Below are positions 47,641 through 57,776 of a DNA stretch of 64,000 bases, piece after piece. The notes under the pieces were generated by a model. That model saw only the letters and a list, made by a program, of their open reading frames with translations, searched no databases and was not told where the DNA came from. How positions within the stretch are numbered: position 1 is the stretch's first letter; each line of letters begins with the position of its first letter. The DNA is from Sulfurimonadaceae bacterium (lineage in GTDB: Bacteria > Campylobacterota > Campylobacteria > Campylobacterales > Sulfurimonadaceae): the NCBI GenBank assembly GCA_041571435.1, contig JBFFUI010000008.1, positions 1-64,000 of the forward strand. Direction: 5' to 3'. The position numbers were made by a program, and so were the translations under genes.

Positions 47641-48216
47641 ATGATGAAGCTTCTACTATCACTTCTTTACACACTTAGCACGCTGGCTTTTGCAGATCTG
47701 CACGAAACTCTCTCAAAACCGGAGAAAATGAACACTAATCATCCTGTAGCCGTACTTGAAACGACTCAGGGAACGATCGAGATCGAGCTCCGTCCCGATT
47801 ATGCTCCTTTGGCTGTCGAAAACTTCAGCACCCATGTCAAAGAGGGGTACTACAACGGCCTTATCTTTCACCGTATCATCAAAGACTTCATGATCCAGGG
47901 CGGTGACCCTACCGGAACAGGACGTGGTGGACAATCAATCTGGAACAAACCTTTTAAAGATGAGTTTGCGCCTAATGTTACCTTCAACAAACGGGGTATC
48001 CTGGCCATGGCCAATGCCGGTCCTGGGACCAATGGAAGCCAGTTCTTCATCACGACTGCGCCGACGCCCTGGTTGAACGGCAGACATACAATCTTCGGTT
48101 ATGTTATAAAGGGGATGGATGTTGTCGATAAGCTGAATAATGTAGCGACTTCTGGCCGCAGCCGCGGTGACCGTCCGCTTGAAAAACAGACGATTTTGAA
48201 AGCCTATATGAAATAG
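47641..48216 (+). CDS. ppiA: Cyclophilin-type peptidyl-prolyl isomerase (exported)
   Basis: FHRIIKDFMIQGGDPTGTG, LAMANAGP.TNGSQFFIT and WL.G.HTIFG motifs; signal peptide. Confidence 0.92.
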   Translation: MMKLLLSLLYTLSTLAFADLHETLSKPEKMNTNHPVAVLETTQGTIEIELRPDYAPLAVENFSTHVKEGYYNGLIFHRIIKDFMIQGGDPTGTGRGGQSIWNKPFKDEFAPNVTFNKRGILAMANAGPGTNGSQFFITTAPTPWLNGRHTIFGYVIKGMDVVDKLNNVATSGRSRGDRPLEKQTILKAYMK

Positions 48217-48245
48217 GTTCTTACGCACGCAGGCAAGTACCCGTC

Positions 48246-49388
48246 TTAAATTTGCTTCAGACCTTTTTGTATCTTCAGGGCTTGCACATGCTCTTTTACG
48301 TCGTGAACACGCACTATCGCAGCGCCATTGCTAGCCGCTGCAAGGTGCAGGGCCAATGTACCGCCCAGACGCTCTGAGACATCTGAAGGATCGATCTTGT
48401 CGATCAGTGATTTGCGGCTGGCCCCGACAAGAAGCTGTTTTCTAAGTCGTAAAAAGTGTTCAAGATGGGTGATCAAGGTCAGGTTGTCATCCAGGCTCTT
48501 TCCAAAACCTATCCCGACATCCAGTACAATATCTTTGATCCCGTAAAGGTGTGCTTTGGCAATACGCTCTTGAAAAAAGGCGTAGATCTCATCCAAAATA
48601 TCATCGTATTCAGGCTTCTGCTGCATCGTCTCAGGTGTTCCCTTCATATGCATAATGATCACTTTGGCCTGAAACGCTGCAACCACTTCACAGAGTTCGT
48701 CACTTTCCAGGCCTTTAATATCATTGATAATGTGAAAGCCTCTCTCCAGAGCATACCGCGCTACCAAAGGCTGATAGGTGTCGATGCTGAACTCTGCCTG
48801 CTCAAGCAGTGCCGAGCCTTTCAGCAGGTCGATAATCGGTTTGACACGTTCAAGTTCTTCCTGCGCGCTCACCTCTTTTGAGCCGGGGCGGGATGAAACA
48901 CCGCCGATGTCGATGATCGCTGCCCCATCCGCTATCATCGTTTCGATCTTTTTCAGGGCGTCATCCGCTTTAAAGCGGCTCTTGTCAAAGAAGCTGTCGT
49001 CATTGGCGTTAATGACCCCCATCACCTGACATTGACGGGGCTTTTCTGTTTTGAGGATCGCCTGAAGCTGATGGGCGACTTTTTTGAGACCAAAAGGCTG
49101 TGTCAGCTCTTTGGTACTCAGTATCTTCATATGTTTTCTTGACGCTATCAGCAGGCAGTCAACATACTCATTCTCGGCAATAATCGTCCCTTTTGGAACT
49201 GCCAGCTCGGCACCGATCGAGAGGGCATCTTGTTTCAAAACATGGGCAGCTGGCGTTTTTAGACCTTTTATGCTCACCAGATAGATCGCTGCTTTGGCGC
49301 TCATAATATTAAGCCCGCCGGCATCAACGCCTATCGCTTTGAGATACTTTCTGACATCTATATCGGCAGACAACTGTTTAACTGTCAC
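48246..49388 (-). CDS. folP: Dihydropteroate synthase (Campylobacterota type with N-terminal extension)
   Basis: MGVIN...DSF, DIGG.SSRPG, D.GIGFGK, GASRKS and RVHDV motifs. Confidence 0.95.
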   Translation of the reverse strand: MTVKQLSADIDVRKYLKAIGVDAGGLNIMSAKAAIYLVSIKGLKTPAAHVLKQDALSIGAELAVPKGTIIAENEYVDCLLIASRKHMKILSTKELTQPFGLKKVAHQLQAILKTEKPRQCQVMGVINANDDSFFDKSRFKADDALKKIETMIADGAAIIDIGGVSSRPGSKEVSAQEELERVKPIIDLLKGSALLEQAEFSIDTYQPLVARYALERGFHIINDIKGLESDELCEVVAAFQAKVIIMHMKGTPETMQQKPEYDDILDEIYAFFQERIAKAHLYGIKDIVLDVGIGFGKSLDDNLTLITHLEHFLRLRKQLLVGASRKSLIDKIDPSDVSERLGGTLALHLAAASNGAAIVRVHDVKEHVQALKIQKGLKQI

Positions 49389-50007
49389 GTTTCACCTTTG
49401 GAAGAAATGTCATCAGAAGTGTAACGAGAATCGTCTGAAGGCGGCCGTTTAACTCAAGAAGCCGGTAACTGCGGTCGAAGATATCGATCTGTTGTTCACT
49501 GAGGCTAAGACCGTCGATGACCGTTGCCCTGTGATAAAGCGATTCGATCAGGGCTTTAGCCTCATGTTTGGCGAGGCGGTCATGGGCTTTCACAAAATCA
49601 AAGAGTGTCGAAAGGTCAAGGTTTTTGAGTTTGATGTCAAGCTCTTTGTGAAAAATGCTGGTCTGCTCTTTAATGATCTTCAATCGTGATCGTACTGTCG
49701 GAAGCAGTGTTGACTTGCTTTCCGTAATAATAATAAGTTCAATATTGCGAGGAGGTTCTTCCAGAAGTTTGAGCAGAGCGTTTTGTGAAAGAGTATTAAA
49801 AGTTTTGGCAGCCAGAACAAGATATTTTACCTCTTCTTCTGCAATGTATGCTTCTGCCATCACCGCCTTGGAGTCATCTATCTTAAAGTCATCGCGCACA
49901 AAACTGACAACACGATGCGGGGCCAACTCCTGCTGGAGTGTCGTACTTCTCTCTTCAATGTTGTCGCAGATTAAAATATGGCTGCCAAGCCCGCTACTCC
50001 TCGACAT
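49378..50007 (-). CDS. holB: DNA polymerase III delta' subunit
   Basis: QNALLK.LEEPP and LLPTVRSR motifs; conserved hobA-holB-folP order. Confidence 0.9.
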   Translation of the reverse strand: MSRSSGLGSHILICDNIEERSTTLQQELAPHRVVSFVRDDFKIDDSKAVMAEAYIAEEEVKYLVLAAKTFNTLSQNALLKLLEEPPRNIELIIITESKSTLLPTVRSRLKIIKEQTSIFHKELDIKLKNLDLSTLFDFVKAHDRLAKHEAKALIESLYHRATVIDGLSLSEQQIDIFDRSYRLLELNGRLQTILVTLLMTFLPKVKRDS

Positions 50008-50539
50008 TAACCTCTCCGAAGAGCACGGCATTTAGCGACTTGTCGAACTGACGGTAAAGCTGTAGCAGTTTTATATCCAAAAGCGGATCATACGAACGCA
50101 TCGTATAGGCATTTTGGTACTCTTCGTCCATCAGCCATAAAAAGCTTCTATCGTGGTTTTTCGGCAAGTCGGCTGCCTTGTCGTTTCCCCGACCGATATA
50201 CCAGAAGAAGTAGTCACCTTTGTACGAGAGGCTTAACATATCCTCAAGCATTTCAAGGGTATCACTGTTGATGGTGTTGTAGTTTGGATAGAGGCTTTCC
50301 ATACGGGCAAACGAGATCATTGGCCGGTCTGTTGACGCTTTGTTGATCGTATTGACAATATAATGTCCGAACCATTGACGGTCGTTATCGGTTACGACGA
50401 CAACACTTTTTCCATCCGTTATCTGTTTGAGTGCCTGTGCAATAGTAGCCGTCCATTCAAAACGGGACTCTTCAAGCCAAGAGAGCATTGCACCTTCGTC
50501 ACGAATGCTGTCAAGTGTCCATTTGATGAAGGCCTGCAC
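49994..50539 (-). CDS. hobA: HobA DnaA-binding replication regulator
   Basis: F..W.L..IR...SWLEE.R.EW, FWYIG and D..LLQLY motifs; lies between lysC and holB. Confidence 0.9.
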   Translation of the reverse strand: MQAFIKWTLDSIRDEGAMLSWLEESRFEWTATIAQALKQITDGKSVVVVTDNDRQWFGHYIVNTINKASTDRPMISFARMESLYPNYNTINSDTLEMLEDMLSLSYKGDYFFWYIGRGNDKAADLPKNHDRSFLWLMDEEYQNAYTMRSYDPLLDIKLLQLYRQFDKSLNAVLFGEVNVEE

Positions 50540-50546
50540 GTTAGAT

Positions 50547-51758
50547 CTACTTATCTAACTCGTAGGCGTTATGAAGTGAACGAACAGCAAGTTCGGAATA
50601 CTTCTCATCGATTACCATTGAGACTTTGATCTCAGATGTTGAGATCATCTGAATGTTGATGTTCTCCTGTGCCATTGTCGAGAAGGCTTTTGCTGCGACG
50701 CCCGTGTGCGACTTCATCCCGACACCCACGATAGAGACTTTACAGATGCTCTCGTCAAAACTCGCATCCTGGATCTCGTCTTTCTGACAGAAAAGCTCTA
50801 CGACCTTCTTTGCATCATTAAGCTCATTATGCGGCACCGTAAAGTCCATATTGGTCGAACCGTCATGACCGGATGTCTGGATGATCATGTCGACGTTGAC
50901 ATTGCTTTTCGCCAAAGCACCGAAAATATCAGATGCGATTCCAGGACGGTTGACAACGCCTTCAAGGGCGATACGGGCTTGGTTGCGGTCAAGTGCGATA
51001 CCGCTGACTAATGGTTTTTCCATGATATTTTCTTCCTTTGTAATAAGAGTACCTTCTTCATCTGAGAAGCTTGAACGGGTAACGAGGTTGACATTCAGTT
51101 TTTTAGCCAGTTCTACCGAACGGTTTTGAAGCACTTTCGCACCCAACGATGCCAATTCCAACATTTCGTCATATGAGATCCTGTCAAGTTTTTTGGCACT
51201 TGGTTCGATCCGAGGATCGGTCGTATAGATCCCGTCTACATCCGTATAGATCTCGCATAGATCTGCATCGATTGCACCGGCAACAGCTACTGCTGAAAGG
51301 TCAGAACCGCCTCGGCCAAGCGTTGTGACCCGTCCCTCTTCGTTAACACCCTGGAAACCGGCGATCACCAAGATCTTACCTTCTGCCAACGCATTTTTCA
51401 TCGGTGCCGGATCGATCCGTTCAATACGGGCTTTTGTGTGCACTGCATCGGTGATGATACCGGCGTGTCTGCCGCTCATCGATGTCGCATTGTGCCCCAT
51501 CTGATTGAGTGCGATAGAGAGCAATGCCGCGGTGACACGTTCACCTGAGCTCAGCACCATATCCACTTCAGAACGCTCAGGGTTCTCCCCGAAATACTCT
51601 GTATATCCGACTAACTTGTTCGTCTCACCACTCATCGCGGAGACAACGACAACGACCTGATGACCCTCTTTCACTGTTTTAGAGACACGATTCGCTACAT
51701 TTTGTATACGATCAAGATCGCCGACACTGGTCCCACCAAACTTCTGTACTATTACCAT
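50547..51758 (-). CDS. lysC: Aspartate kinase
   Basis: QKFGGTSV, TTLGRGGSD and TDVDGIYT.DPR motifs; two ACT domains. Confidence 0.97.
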   Translation of the reverse strand: MVIVQKFGGTSVGDLDRIQNVANRVSKTVKEGHQVVVVVSAMSGETNKLVGYTEYFGENPERSEVDMVLSSGERVTAALLSIALNQMGHNATSMSGRHAGIITDAVHTKARIERIDPAPMKNALAEGKILVIAGFQGVNEEGRVTTLGRGGSDLSAVAVAGAIDADLCEIYTDVDGIYTTDPRIEPSAKKLDRISYDEMLELASLGAKVLQNRSVELAKKLNVNLVTRSSFSDEEGTLITKEENIMEKPLVSGIALDRNQARIALEGVVNRPGIASDIFGALAKSNVNVDMIIQTSGHDGSTNMDFTVPHNELNDAKKVVELFCQKDEIQDASFDESICKVSIVGVGMKSHTGVAAKAFSTMAQENINIQMISTSEIKVSMVIDEKYSELAVRSLHNAYELDK

Positions 51759-52228
51759 TACAGTAACCCTTCTTTTTTGAAATGTTCTATAACCTGTTCA
51801 TAGACAGGCTTCTTGAATTTAGCCACCATATCCAGTACGGAATTCACATCGATATATTTGTGGTCTTTAAACTCTGGATATTCCGTTTCAAGATCAATCA
51901 GTGTCTCATCTTTGATACGCACAAGGAAATAACGCTGTGTCTGACCGTGGAAAGGGTACATCTTCTTAGCAACATGTTTTGGAAAATCGTAAGAGATCCA
52001 TTCCGGATGCTCACCGATCACTTCAATCTCTGCTGTTCCGATCTCCTCTTCCAACTCTCTGAAAAGTGCCTCTATAGGGGTTTCACCCTCATCTATTCCG
52101 CCTTGCGGGAATTGCCACATACCTGAAATGTCACTGCGCTCGGCCACAAAGACCTGTTTCTCATCAGGATAACTTGATGAGACAATAATTGCAGCAACAT
52201 TGGGACGGTACTTCTTAATATTACTCAT
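51758..52228 (-). CDS. rppH: RNA pyrophosphohydrolase
   Basis: YRPNV, WQFPQGGID.GE....A..RELEEE.G Nudix box and GQ.Q.YF. Confidence 0.95.
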   Translation of the reverse strand: MSNIKKYRPNVAAIIVSSSYPDEKQVFVAERSDISGMWQFPQGGIDEGETPIEALFRELEEEIGTAEIEVIGEHPEWISYDFPKHVAKKMYPFHGQTQRYFLVRIKDETLIDLETEYPEFKDHKYIDVNSVLDMVAKFKKPVYEQVIEHFKKEGLL

Positions 52229-52436
52229 AGTTTATATCTTTGTTTATACGGCACTTTTTATGACCTTAATTAGTATGCGTATTATAGTATGAAAGGTTTA
52301 AAATGGGATAAATATTTCTAAATAAACGTCTACTAAACGACGATACTGTTATGGAGGCAGAGCTGCAAACCTTTTATACGATTCGGTAGGGTAAAGACTA
52401 ACCCGGAACTAACCCAAAACCGACTAAACTACGTTT

Positions 52437-53489
52437 ATGTTATTATATATTCACATCCCTTTTTGCGACTCTAAATGCCACTACTGCAGCTTCAACTCGT
52501 ATGTCGATCTCTTCCATCTTCGGGAGCGTTACATGGAAGCGCTTCAAATACAGCTAAAATATGAGCTTGAGCACTTCGGTGTTAAAGCGAAGAGTATTGA
52601 GACGATCTTTATCGGCGGCGGCACCCCTTCAACCGTCAAACCTGATCTCTACCGCCCGCTCTTTGAGATGCTTCAGCCCTACGTCCAAGACGGTGCAGAG
52701 ATCACCTCCGAGGCCAACCCCAACAGTGCCACAGATGAGTGGCTTGAAGGGATGCATGCACTGGGAGTAAACCGTATCAGTTTCGGCGTGCAGAGCTTTA
52801 ATGACGAAAAGCTTAAAAAGCTGGGACGTGCGCACAAAGCAGCCGATGCTTCATCCGCCCTGATACGGGCGAAAAAAGCCGGCTTCAAACACCTCTCAAT
52901 AGACCTGATCTACGCAGTCGAAGGCGACACCAAAGCACTGCTTTCACACGATCTTCAAGAAGCATTTAAACTGCCTATCGATCATCTCAGTGCCTATGCC
53001 CTGACGATAGAAGAGGGAACGCCGTTTGCCTCCACACCCGATGTCGCAAACGAAAAACTTGCCTTGACGGAGTGGTTTTTAAAAAGCATTAAAGCCCGTT
53101 TCCCTACCTATGAAATTTCCAACTTCGGAAACTACCACTCTAAACACAATCTCGGCTATTGGCAATACAAAGACTATATCGGGCTGGGTTCCGGGGCTGT
53201 CGGCTTCCTGAAAGAGACCCGTTTCTATCCGACTAAAGATGTCAAAACCTATATAGAAAATCCGCTCGATATTCAGAGTGAACATCTTGACGAAGCGGCG
53301 ATCAAAACTGAGAAAATATTTTTGGGATTGCGTTCTGTTGTCGGTGTCTCTCAAGAGATACTCTCGGCACAAGAGATGAAAAATGCCCGCCTGCTGGTCG
53401 ATGAGAAAAAGCTGCTTTTTAAAGAGGGTACGTTCTATAATGAAGATTATCTGCTCAGCGATGAGCTGGCCCTTTTTATACTGCAATAG
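52437..53489 (+). CDS. hemW: Radical SAM heme chaperone HemW (HemN-like)
   Basis: YIHIPFC..KC.YCSF, GGGTPS, YEISNF and HN..YW motifs. Confidence 0.9.
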   Translation: MLLYIHIPFCDSKCHYCSFNSYVDLFHLRERYMEALQIQLKYELEHFGVKAKSIETIFIGGGTPSTVKPDLYRPLFEMLQPYVQDGAEITSEANPNSATDEWLEGMHALGVNRISFGVQSFNDEKLKKLGRAHKAADASSALIRAKKAGFKHLSIDLIYAVEGDTKALLSHDLQEAFKLPIDHLSAYALTIEEGTPFASTPDVANEKLALTEWFLKSIKARFPTYEISNFGNYHSKHNLGYWQYKDYIGLGSGAVGFLKETRFYPTKDVKTYIENPLDIQSEHLDEAAIKTEKIFLGLRSVVGVSQEILSAQEMKNARLLVDEKKLLFKEGTFYNEDYLLSDELALFILQ

Positions 53490-53583
53490 TCAATCGGGCA
53501 CTTTTATCTTTCGTAAAAAGTTTCACCCCTTTTTAAATATATCATCGATATAATCGCAAAAACTATAAACTTAGGCGGTCAAT

Positions 53584-54024
53584 ATGTTTGGTATGGGTTT
53601 TGCCGAGATCTTGATAATCGGTGTTATTGCTATCCTCTTTCTAGGGCCGGACAAACTGCCTGAGACCATGGTCCAGATCGCAAAATTCTTTAAGTCCGTA
53701 AAGACAACCGTCGCATCAGCAAAAAGTTCGATAGAAGATGAACTTCATCTTCAGGAGATCAAAGAAGAGGCCAACAACTACAAACGCCAGCTGGCTGAAG
53801 CCAGCAATGAACTCGGCCGTGTGAGCGGTGTCGAGGATCTTAAAGAGGAGATGCGCGACATCAAAAAAGATGCCCGTGTCGAGATAAATGAACCCGATGA
53901 AGTCGCTGCACCTGCCGCACCGAAGAAACCTGAGGTAGTCACCTTCGCCAAAAAATCAAAAAAACTCGATATCGAGACGCCCTCATCAGATGAAAAAGAA
54001 ACGAAACCAAGTGAGAATGCCTAA
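53584..54024 (+). CDS. tatB: Twin-arginine translocase subunit TatB
   Basis: MFGMGF.EI.....AILFLGPDKLP. Confidence 0.93.
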   Translation: MFGMGFAEILIIGVIAILFLGPDKLPETMVQIAKFFKSVKTTVASAKSSIEDELHLQEIKEEANNYKRQLAEASNELGRVSGVEDLKEEMRDIKKDARVEINEPDEVAAPAAPKKPEVVTFAKKSKKLDIETPSSDEKETKPSENA

Positions 54025-54863
54025 TGTTTGAAGATTTGAAACCGCATCTGGTTGAGCTGCGCAAACGCCTCGCCATCTCTGCCATCAGTATCGTCGTCGC
54101 ATTTTTTATCATGTTCTATTTCCATGAATTTCTTTTGGAGTGGATGATCGCACCGCTCAACGATGCACTTATTGAGGTGGGTAAGAAATCAATGCATGCC
54201 GCCGAAGGTATGGTAACGACCAATCAAGTCGGCGGGGCCTTTTTTGTCGCACTGAAAGTTGCTTTCTTCTCCGGAATACTACTGGCACTACCGGTTATTC
54301 TCGCACAGATCTGGATGTTTATCGCACCCGGTCTTTACGCCAATGAGAAAAAAATGCTACTGCCGTTTATCTTCGGCGGTACGATCATGTTTGCCGTCGG
54401 TGTTGCCTTCGCCTACTACATTGTCACACCTTTCGGTTTTGACTTTTTGATCACCTTCGGTAGTTTCAAATTCACACCGCTGATAAATATCGAAGATTAT
54501 GTCGGCTTTTTTACCAAGATCATGTTCGGTTTCGGACTTGCTTTTGAACTACCGGTCTTTGCCTATTTCCTGGCTCTTTTGGGACTTGTTGATGACAGAC
54601 AGATGATCGCCTTTTTCAAGTATGCCGTGGTCATTATCTTTATTGTTGCCGCGCTTTTGACGCCGCCTGATGTTCTCACACAACTCTTGATGGCAGGTCC
54701 ACTTATCCTGCTTTACGGCATCTCTATCCTTCTCGTAAAACTGGTCAACCCGGCTGAAGACGAGCCGGAAGAAGATGCCAGCGACGAAGATGGTGTTGCC
54801 ATCTTGAAAGATGCCCTCGGCATTGAAGATGACGATGCAGCCAGATCCACTCAAGACAAATAG
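54024..54863 (+). CDS. tatC: Twin-arginine translocase subunit TatC
   Basis: HL.ELRKRL, F..PGLY..E, FELP and LTPPD motifs; six TM helices and an acidic tail. Confidence 0.97.
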   Translation: MFEDLKPHLVELRKRLAISAISIVVAFFIMFYFHEFLLEWMIAPLNDALIEVGKKSMHAAEGMVTTNQVGGAFFVALKVAFFSGILLALPVILAQIWMFIAPGLYANEKKMLLPFIFGGTIMFAVGVAFAYYIVTPFGFDFLITFGSFKFTPLINIEDYVGFFTKIMFGFGLAFELPVFAYFLALLGLVDDRQMIAFFKYAVVIIFIVAALLTPPDVLTQLLMAGPLILLYGISILLVKLVNPAEDEPEEDASDEDGVAILKDALGIEDDDAARSTQDK

Positions 54864-55863
54864 TTACGACTTCACACTTCCGCCGGAGCTGATCGCCACA
54901 CGCCCGGTTGAACCGCGCGACCATGCGCGCCTATTGGTCTATGACCGTGCTACCGACACCATTACCCATTCACGTTTTGATGCGCTGGAATCTTTTTTGC
55001 CGAAAGAGTGTGCCATCATCTTTAACGATACCAAAGTGATCAAAGCCCGCCTCTACGGCCATAAAGAGAGTGGCGGCAAGTTAGAGATGCTGATCAACCG
55101 TCCTTTGGATGCCCACAATGTCAACGTCTACGTGCGCGGTAAGGTTAAAGTCGATACTGTTATCTATTTTGAAGAGGGGTTTACTGCCAAAGTCACCGCT
55201 TTACATGATGATGGCAGCCGCGATGTCCATTTCTTTCTAGATGACAAGGTCTTGCGTTTTGAGGAGGTCCTGCCTATTATCGATAAACAGGGACACATTC
55301 CACTTCCTCCATATATGCAGCGTGAAGATGCCAAAGAAGATGAAAATGATTATCAGAGTGTCTTCGCCCGCCATGAGGGTGCCGTGGCTGCACCGACTGC
55401 CTCGCTTCACTTTACATCAGAACAGTTTGAACGCATCTGCAAAAGTCATCCCCATGCATCCGTAACACTGCACGTCGGTGCTGGGACCTTCAAGCCCGTA
55501 GACAGTGAGATCATCACCGATCACCCTATGCATTCCGAATACTATAACATCTCCCCCGAAGCAAAAAAACTCTTTGACAGTCAACTGCCGCTGCTGTGTA
55601 TCGGAACCACTTCGACACGTACTATCGAATATTATGCCCGTCACCAAGGGCAGCTTTCCGGCGAGGCTAACCTCTTTTTACACCCCGGGAACAAGCCTTT
55701 GCGGGTCAACCATCTGTTGACAAACTTCCACTTGCCTCAGTCCACTCTGCTGATGCTTGTTGCCGCTTTCGTCGGTGTTGAAAAGACCCATCAGCTCTAC
55801 CAAGAAGCTATCAAAGAGAAGTACCGTTTCTACTCCTATGGCGATGCCATGCTGATCTTATAA
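54835..55863 (+). CDS. queA: S-adenosylmethionine:tRNA ribosyltransferase-isomerase
   Basis: YDF.LP.ELIA, FNDTKVI.AR, AAPTA.LHF, TNFHLP.STL and YRFYSYGD motifs. Start taken as ATG 54835. Confidence 0.97.
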   Translation: MQPDPLKTNSYDFTLPPELIATRPVEPRDHARLLVYDRATDTITHSRFDALESFLPKECAIIFNDTKVIKARLYGHKESGGKLEMLINRPLDAHNVNVYVRGKVKVDTVIYFEEGFTAKVTALHDDGSRDVHFFLDDKVLRFEEVLPIIDKQGHIPLPPYMQREDAKEDENDYQSVFARHEGAVAAPTASLHFTSEQFERICKSHPHASVTLHVGAGTFKPVDSEIITDHPMHSEYYNISPEAKKLFDSQLPLLCIGTTSTRTIEYYARHQGQLSGEANLFLHPGNKPLRVNHLLTNFHLPQSTLLMLVAAFVGVEKTHQLYQEAIKEKYRFYSYGDAMLIL

Positions 55864-55928
55864 AATAATTTTCAATCTCGCTTCCGTTTAAGTTATAACT
55901 TTCTATAATGTATCCACAAAGATGATGG

Positions 55929-57776
55929 ATGAACAGCTTACGAATTTTAATTGTAGATGATGAAAAGATCACCACTAATATTCTCTCCAGAATGCTTGAG
56001 GACAAGACCCATATCGAGGTGCTCACCTACCACAGTGCCCAAGAGGCGCTAAAGGCAGTCGAGAGCAGTCCATTTGACATCATTCTCTCAGACATAAACA
56101 TGCCCGGTATGAACGGTTTGGAGATGGTCAAAGAGATCCGTAAAAAAGACAAAGGTGTGAAGATCGCTATCTTTACGAACTTTGACAACAAACAATATAT
56201 GCTTGATGCTATTGAATACGGCGTCAACCAGTTCTTCTCCAAACCCTTTAAAAAAGAACATTTTCTTGACGTCATCAAGAACCTCTCCGATGAGATCCTA
56301 GCAAAACGTGAGACGGAGAGAGCCCTCAATCGCCAGCAGAACATTCTCCATTCGATCAAAGAGATGGCCGAGCATTTTTTACAACATGATGACTGGAACA
56401 TCACCCTCCACCAACAGATGAAGGCGCTCAAAGATGCGGCAGAGGCCTCATCAATATTTATCTTTAAAAACCTAAACCCGGAAAATCCTATTGTTGCGCA
56501 ACGTTATCTCTCGATCAACGATGACGTTGAAGCCTTTACCCCCAATCTTCTTCACTATAAAGCATTGAACCTTGAAGATTGGAAAAAGAGGCTCTCCCAC
56601 GATGAGTATATCAACGGTATTGTCGAAGATTTTAACGAGAAACAGCAGTATCTTCTACACTCCTATAAGATCAACGCTCTACTGATGCTGCCAGTTTTTG
56701 CCAACAACTGCTGGTGGGGCTTTTTGGGCATTGGTCACACACAGAAAAAACTGTTTGACCAGTCAAGTCTTGAGATGCTTGAAACCGTCGCCAGAATTAT
56801 CGGTTCAGCTATCAACAACCAAAAAAATCTACGTTCACATGAGATCCGCAGTGCTGTCTTTGAGCATACCGTTGACGGCATTGTCATTACCGATGCTGAT
56901 AACCGTATCGTCAATATTAACAAATCATTCAGCGACATTACCGGTTTTTCGCTACAAGATGTCTCTGGAAAAGATCCGAATATCCTGCAGTCCTCTATGC
57001 ATGATCCGCATTTTTACCAACAGATGTGGGAACAGATCAATACCAACGGGTATTGGCAGGGCGAGATCAAGAACCGCCGTAAAAATGATGAAGTCTATAT
57101 TGGATGGCTGAGCATCAACACTATCAGAGACAGTGAAGGTCATCTCCAGAACTATGTCGGTATCTTCTCGGACGTAACGGCACACCGCACCGACCAACTT
57201 GACTATGCCCACCTCGCAACACACGATGCGTTGACCGGACTGGCCAACCGTGTTCTGCTGAATGACCGCCTGGAACAGGCAATCAACCATGCAAAACGCT
57301 TCAACAACGGCGTTGCCGTAATCTTCTGTGATCTGGACAATTTCAAGCCCATCAACGACAACTACGGCCACACTGCAGGCGACCAGGCTCTCATACACTG
57401 TAGCGACTACTTTAGCTCCGTTGTCCGTGCAGAGGATACGGTAAGCCGTTACGGCGGGGATGAGTTTGTTATCATTCTTGGCGACATCGAAGCCACGAGC
57501 GATCTCACTGCCGTCACCGAAAAGATCCTCAACATAACCAAGATCGCCTTTAAGATCGATGAGAATGAAATCACGTTAGAGATGAGTGCCGGGATCAGCT
57601 TCTATCCCCAGGATACTGATAACGCCGTCGAACTAATCGATAAAGCGGACGAAGCGATGTACAAGGCAAAAAAAGCCGGCAAGAACCAGCTTCATTATTA
57701 CAATAAACCACTTGACACGACGTTATTGCAGACAAGGCCCGACCAAAAAGAGATCGAGATTTGCTTTAACATATAG
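55929..57776 (+). CDS. Diguanylate cyclase with REC-GAF-PAS-GGDEF architecture
   Basis: Intact receiver (VDDE, SDINMP, KP), GAF-like region, PAS/PAC, RAED I-site and GGDEF. Confidence 0.9.
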   Translation: MNSLRILIVDDEKITTNILSRMLEDKTHIEVLTYHSAQEALKAVESSPFDIILSDINMPGMNGLEMVKEIRKKDKGVKIAIFTNFDNKQYMLDAIEYGVNQFFSKPFKKEHFLDVIKNLSDEILAKRETERALNRQQNILHSIKEMAEHFLQHDDWNITLHQQMKALKDAAEASSIFIFKNLNPENPIVAQRYLSINDDVEAFTPNLLHYKALNLEDWKKRLSHDEYINGIVEDFNEKQQYLLHSYKINALLMLPVFANNCWWGFLGIGHTQKKLFDQSSLEMLETVARIIGSAINNQKNLRSHEIRSAVFEHTVDGIVITDADNRIVNINKSFSDITGFSLQDVSGKDPNILQSSMHDPHFYQQMWEQINTNGYWQGEIKNRRKNDEVYIGWLSINTIRDSEGHLQNYVGIFSDVTAHRTDQLDYAHLATHDALTGLANRVLLNDRLEQAINHAKRFNNGVAVIFCDLDNFKPINDNYGHTAGDQALIHCSDYFSSVVRAEDTVSRYGGDEFVIILGDIEATSDLTAVTEKILNITKIAFKIDENEITLEMSAGISFYPQDTDNAVELIDKADEAMYKAKKAGKNQLHYYNKPLDTTLLQTRPDQKEIEICFNI

